NCBI RefSeq assembly: GCF_044324785.1
Contig: NZ_CP172127.1
Source: Escherichia coli
GTDB taxonomy: Bacteria; Pseudomonadota; Gammaproteobacteria; Enterobacterales; Enterobacteriaceae
Direction: 5' to 3' (one strand)
Length of the DNA stretch: 64,000 nt
The notes below the pieces were generated by a model that saw nothing but the letters and a program-made list of their open reading frames with translations, did not search any database and was not told where the DNA came from. Below, piece after piece: positions 62,943 to 64,000 of this stretch. Made by a program: the position numbers and the translations under genes. Numbering within the stretch: position 1 is the stretch's first letter; each line of letters starts with the position of its first letter.

Positions 62943-64000
62943 TTAATTTGCAGCTTCCTGACGATGAAAACCTCGCCACCAGACCAGTAAGTTAACCAGG
63001 GCAATCGTCGCGCCAGCCAGACAAACGCCAGCCCAACCGCCATGTTGCCAGGCTGAGGCTGAAATTAGCGAACCGGCGGCACCGCCAATAAAGTAGCTGG
63101 TCATGTAACCTGCGGTCAGGCGATTACGCGCATCAGGGTGTATTCGATAAATTACCGTCTGGTTAGTGATATGCACGCCCTGCACGGTGAGATCCAGCAC
63201 CAGGATGCCGATAATCAAGGCCAGTACGGAAGTGTGGCCAAACCAGATCGCCAGCCATGAAAGTAATAGCAGCAGCAGACCGAAAGTAGTGGTGTGGTGC
63301 GATTTACCCTTATCGGCAAAACCGCCCGCCGGACGAGCACCCAACGCTCCGGCAGCTCCCGCAAGTCCAAACAGACCAATTACACCATCGCTGTAGTTAA
63401 AAGGTGGAGCGGCAAGCAAAAAGGCCATTGAGGTCCAGAGAATGCTGAAGTTGGCAAAGGTCAGGCAGCCCAGCAACGCGCGGGTGCGCAGAATTTTATC
63501 GCTGATAAACATGCTGAAAACGGAACCAAGCAACTGTGGGTAGTTGAGGTGGGTTTCTGATTTCATTTGTGGCAGACCACGCCATAATGCCAGCGCCATC
63601 AGTGCCATTAACACCGAGGCAACCCAAAAGACGGTGCGCCAGCCGCCGAGGTTTGCCAGCAACCCGGCAACGGTTCGTGCCAGCAAGATCCCCAACAGCA
63701 GCCCGCTCATAATGGTGCCGACCACTTTGCCGCGTTTGTCCGGTGAAGCCAGCGTCGCTGCCAGCGGAACCAGAATTTGTGCCACGACCGAGAATAAACC
63801 GGTTAATGCCGTACCGAGGATCATCATCGCCAGCGACTGACTGCTGGCGGTAATCAACATACCGCCTGCCGCCAGTAAGGTCATCGAGACAATCAGGCGG
63901 CGGCGTTCAAACATATCACCGAGGGGAACAAGAAACAGCAGACCTGCGGCATAGCCCAACTGCGCGGCGGTAACAATAAAGCCCGCCGAACTGGCGGAAA
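62943..64000 (-). CDS. ygaY: MFS transporter (YgaY-like), 5' end beyond window
   Basis: Minus-strand frame open from 62943 to the window edge with no stop; hydrophobic MFS-like translation. Confidence 0.75.
   Translation of the reverse strand, partial: SASSAGFIVTAAQLGYAAGLLFLVPLGDMFERRRLIVSMTLLAAGGMLITASSQSLAMMILGTALTGLFSVVAQILVPLAATLASPDKRGKVVGTIMSGLLLGILLARTVAGLLANLGGWRTVFWVASVLMALMALALWRGLPQMKSETHLNYPQLLGSVFSMFISDKILRTRALLGCLTFANFSILWTSMAFLLAAPPFNYSDGVIGLFGLAGAAGALGARPAGGFADKGKSHHTTTFGLLLLLLSWLAIWFGHTSVLALIIGILVLDLTVQGVHITNQTVIYRIHPDARNRLTAGYMTSYFIGGAAGSLISASAWQHGGWAGVCLAGATIALVNLLVWWRGFHRQEAAN

Overview
This window reads as a largely syntenic Escherichia coli chromosomal segment, in reverse orientation relative to the K-12 map, running from the 3' part of cysN to a ygaY-like transporter gene cut by the window edge. 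I did not find a clearly novel multi-gene system: no CRISPR array, IS element, integrase or phage-like module is visible. All gene calls rest on my recognition of the translated ORFs and on sequence motifs read directly; no database search was run. Gene order: cysN'-cysC-ygbE-ftsB-ispD-ispF-truD-surE-pcm-nlpD-rpoS; a variable mutS-rpoS segment; mutS-ygbA; a molbindin ORF; fhlA; hypEDCBA; hycABCDEFGHI; ascBF/ascG; hydN-hypF; norWV/norR; gutQ-srlR-gutM-srlDBEA; mltB-pncC-recA-recX-alaS-csrA; serV plus two tRNA-Arg genes; yqaB-yqaA-gshA; MicA; luxS; emrBAR; ygaHZ; ygaY'. The non-K-12 content is concentrated between rpoS and mutS: a MarR-family regulator divergent from a UbiX/UbiD-type decarboxylase three-gene cluster, then pphB and an AT-rich ORF for an uncharacterised secreted protein. 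Other points worth a second look are the di-TOBE molbindin ORF directly downstream of fhlA, a tRNA-Arg array with only two intact copies plus an 18-nt 3' remnant, and an uninterrupted ygaY reading frame. Regulatory sites read from the sequence include sigma-54 promoters for hyp, hyc and norV, three NorR GT-N7-AC sites, the recA SOS box, a tRNA operon promoter and REP/BIME elements.
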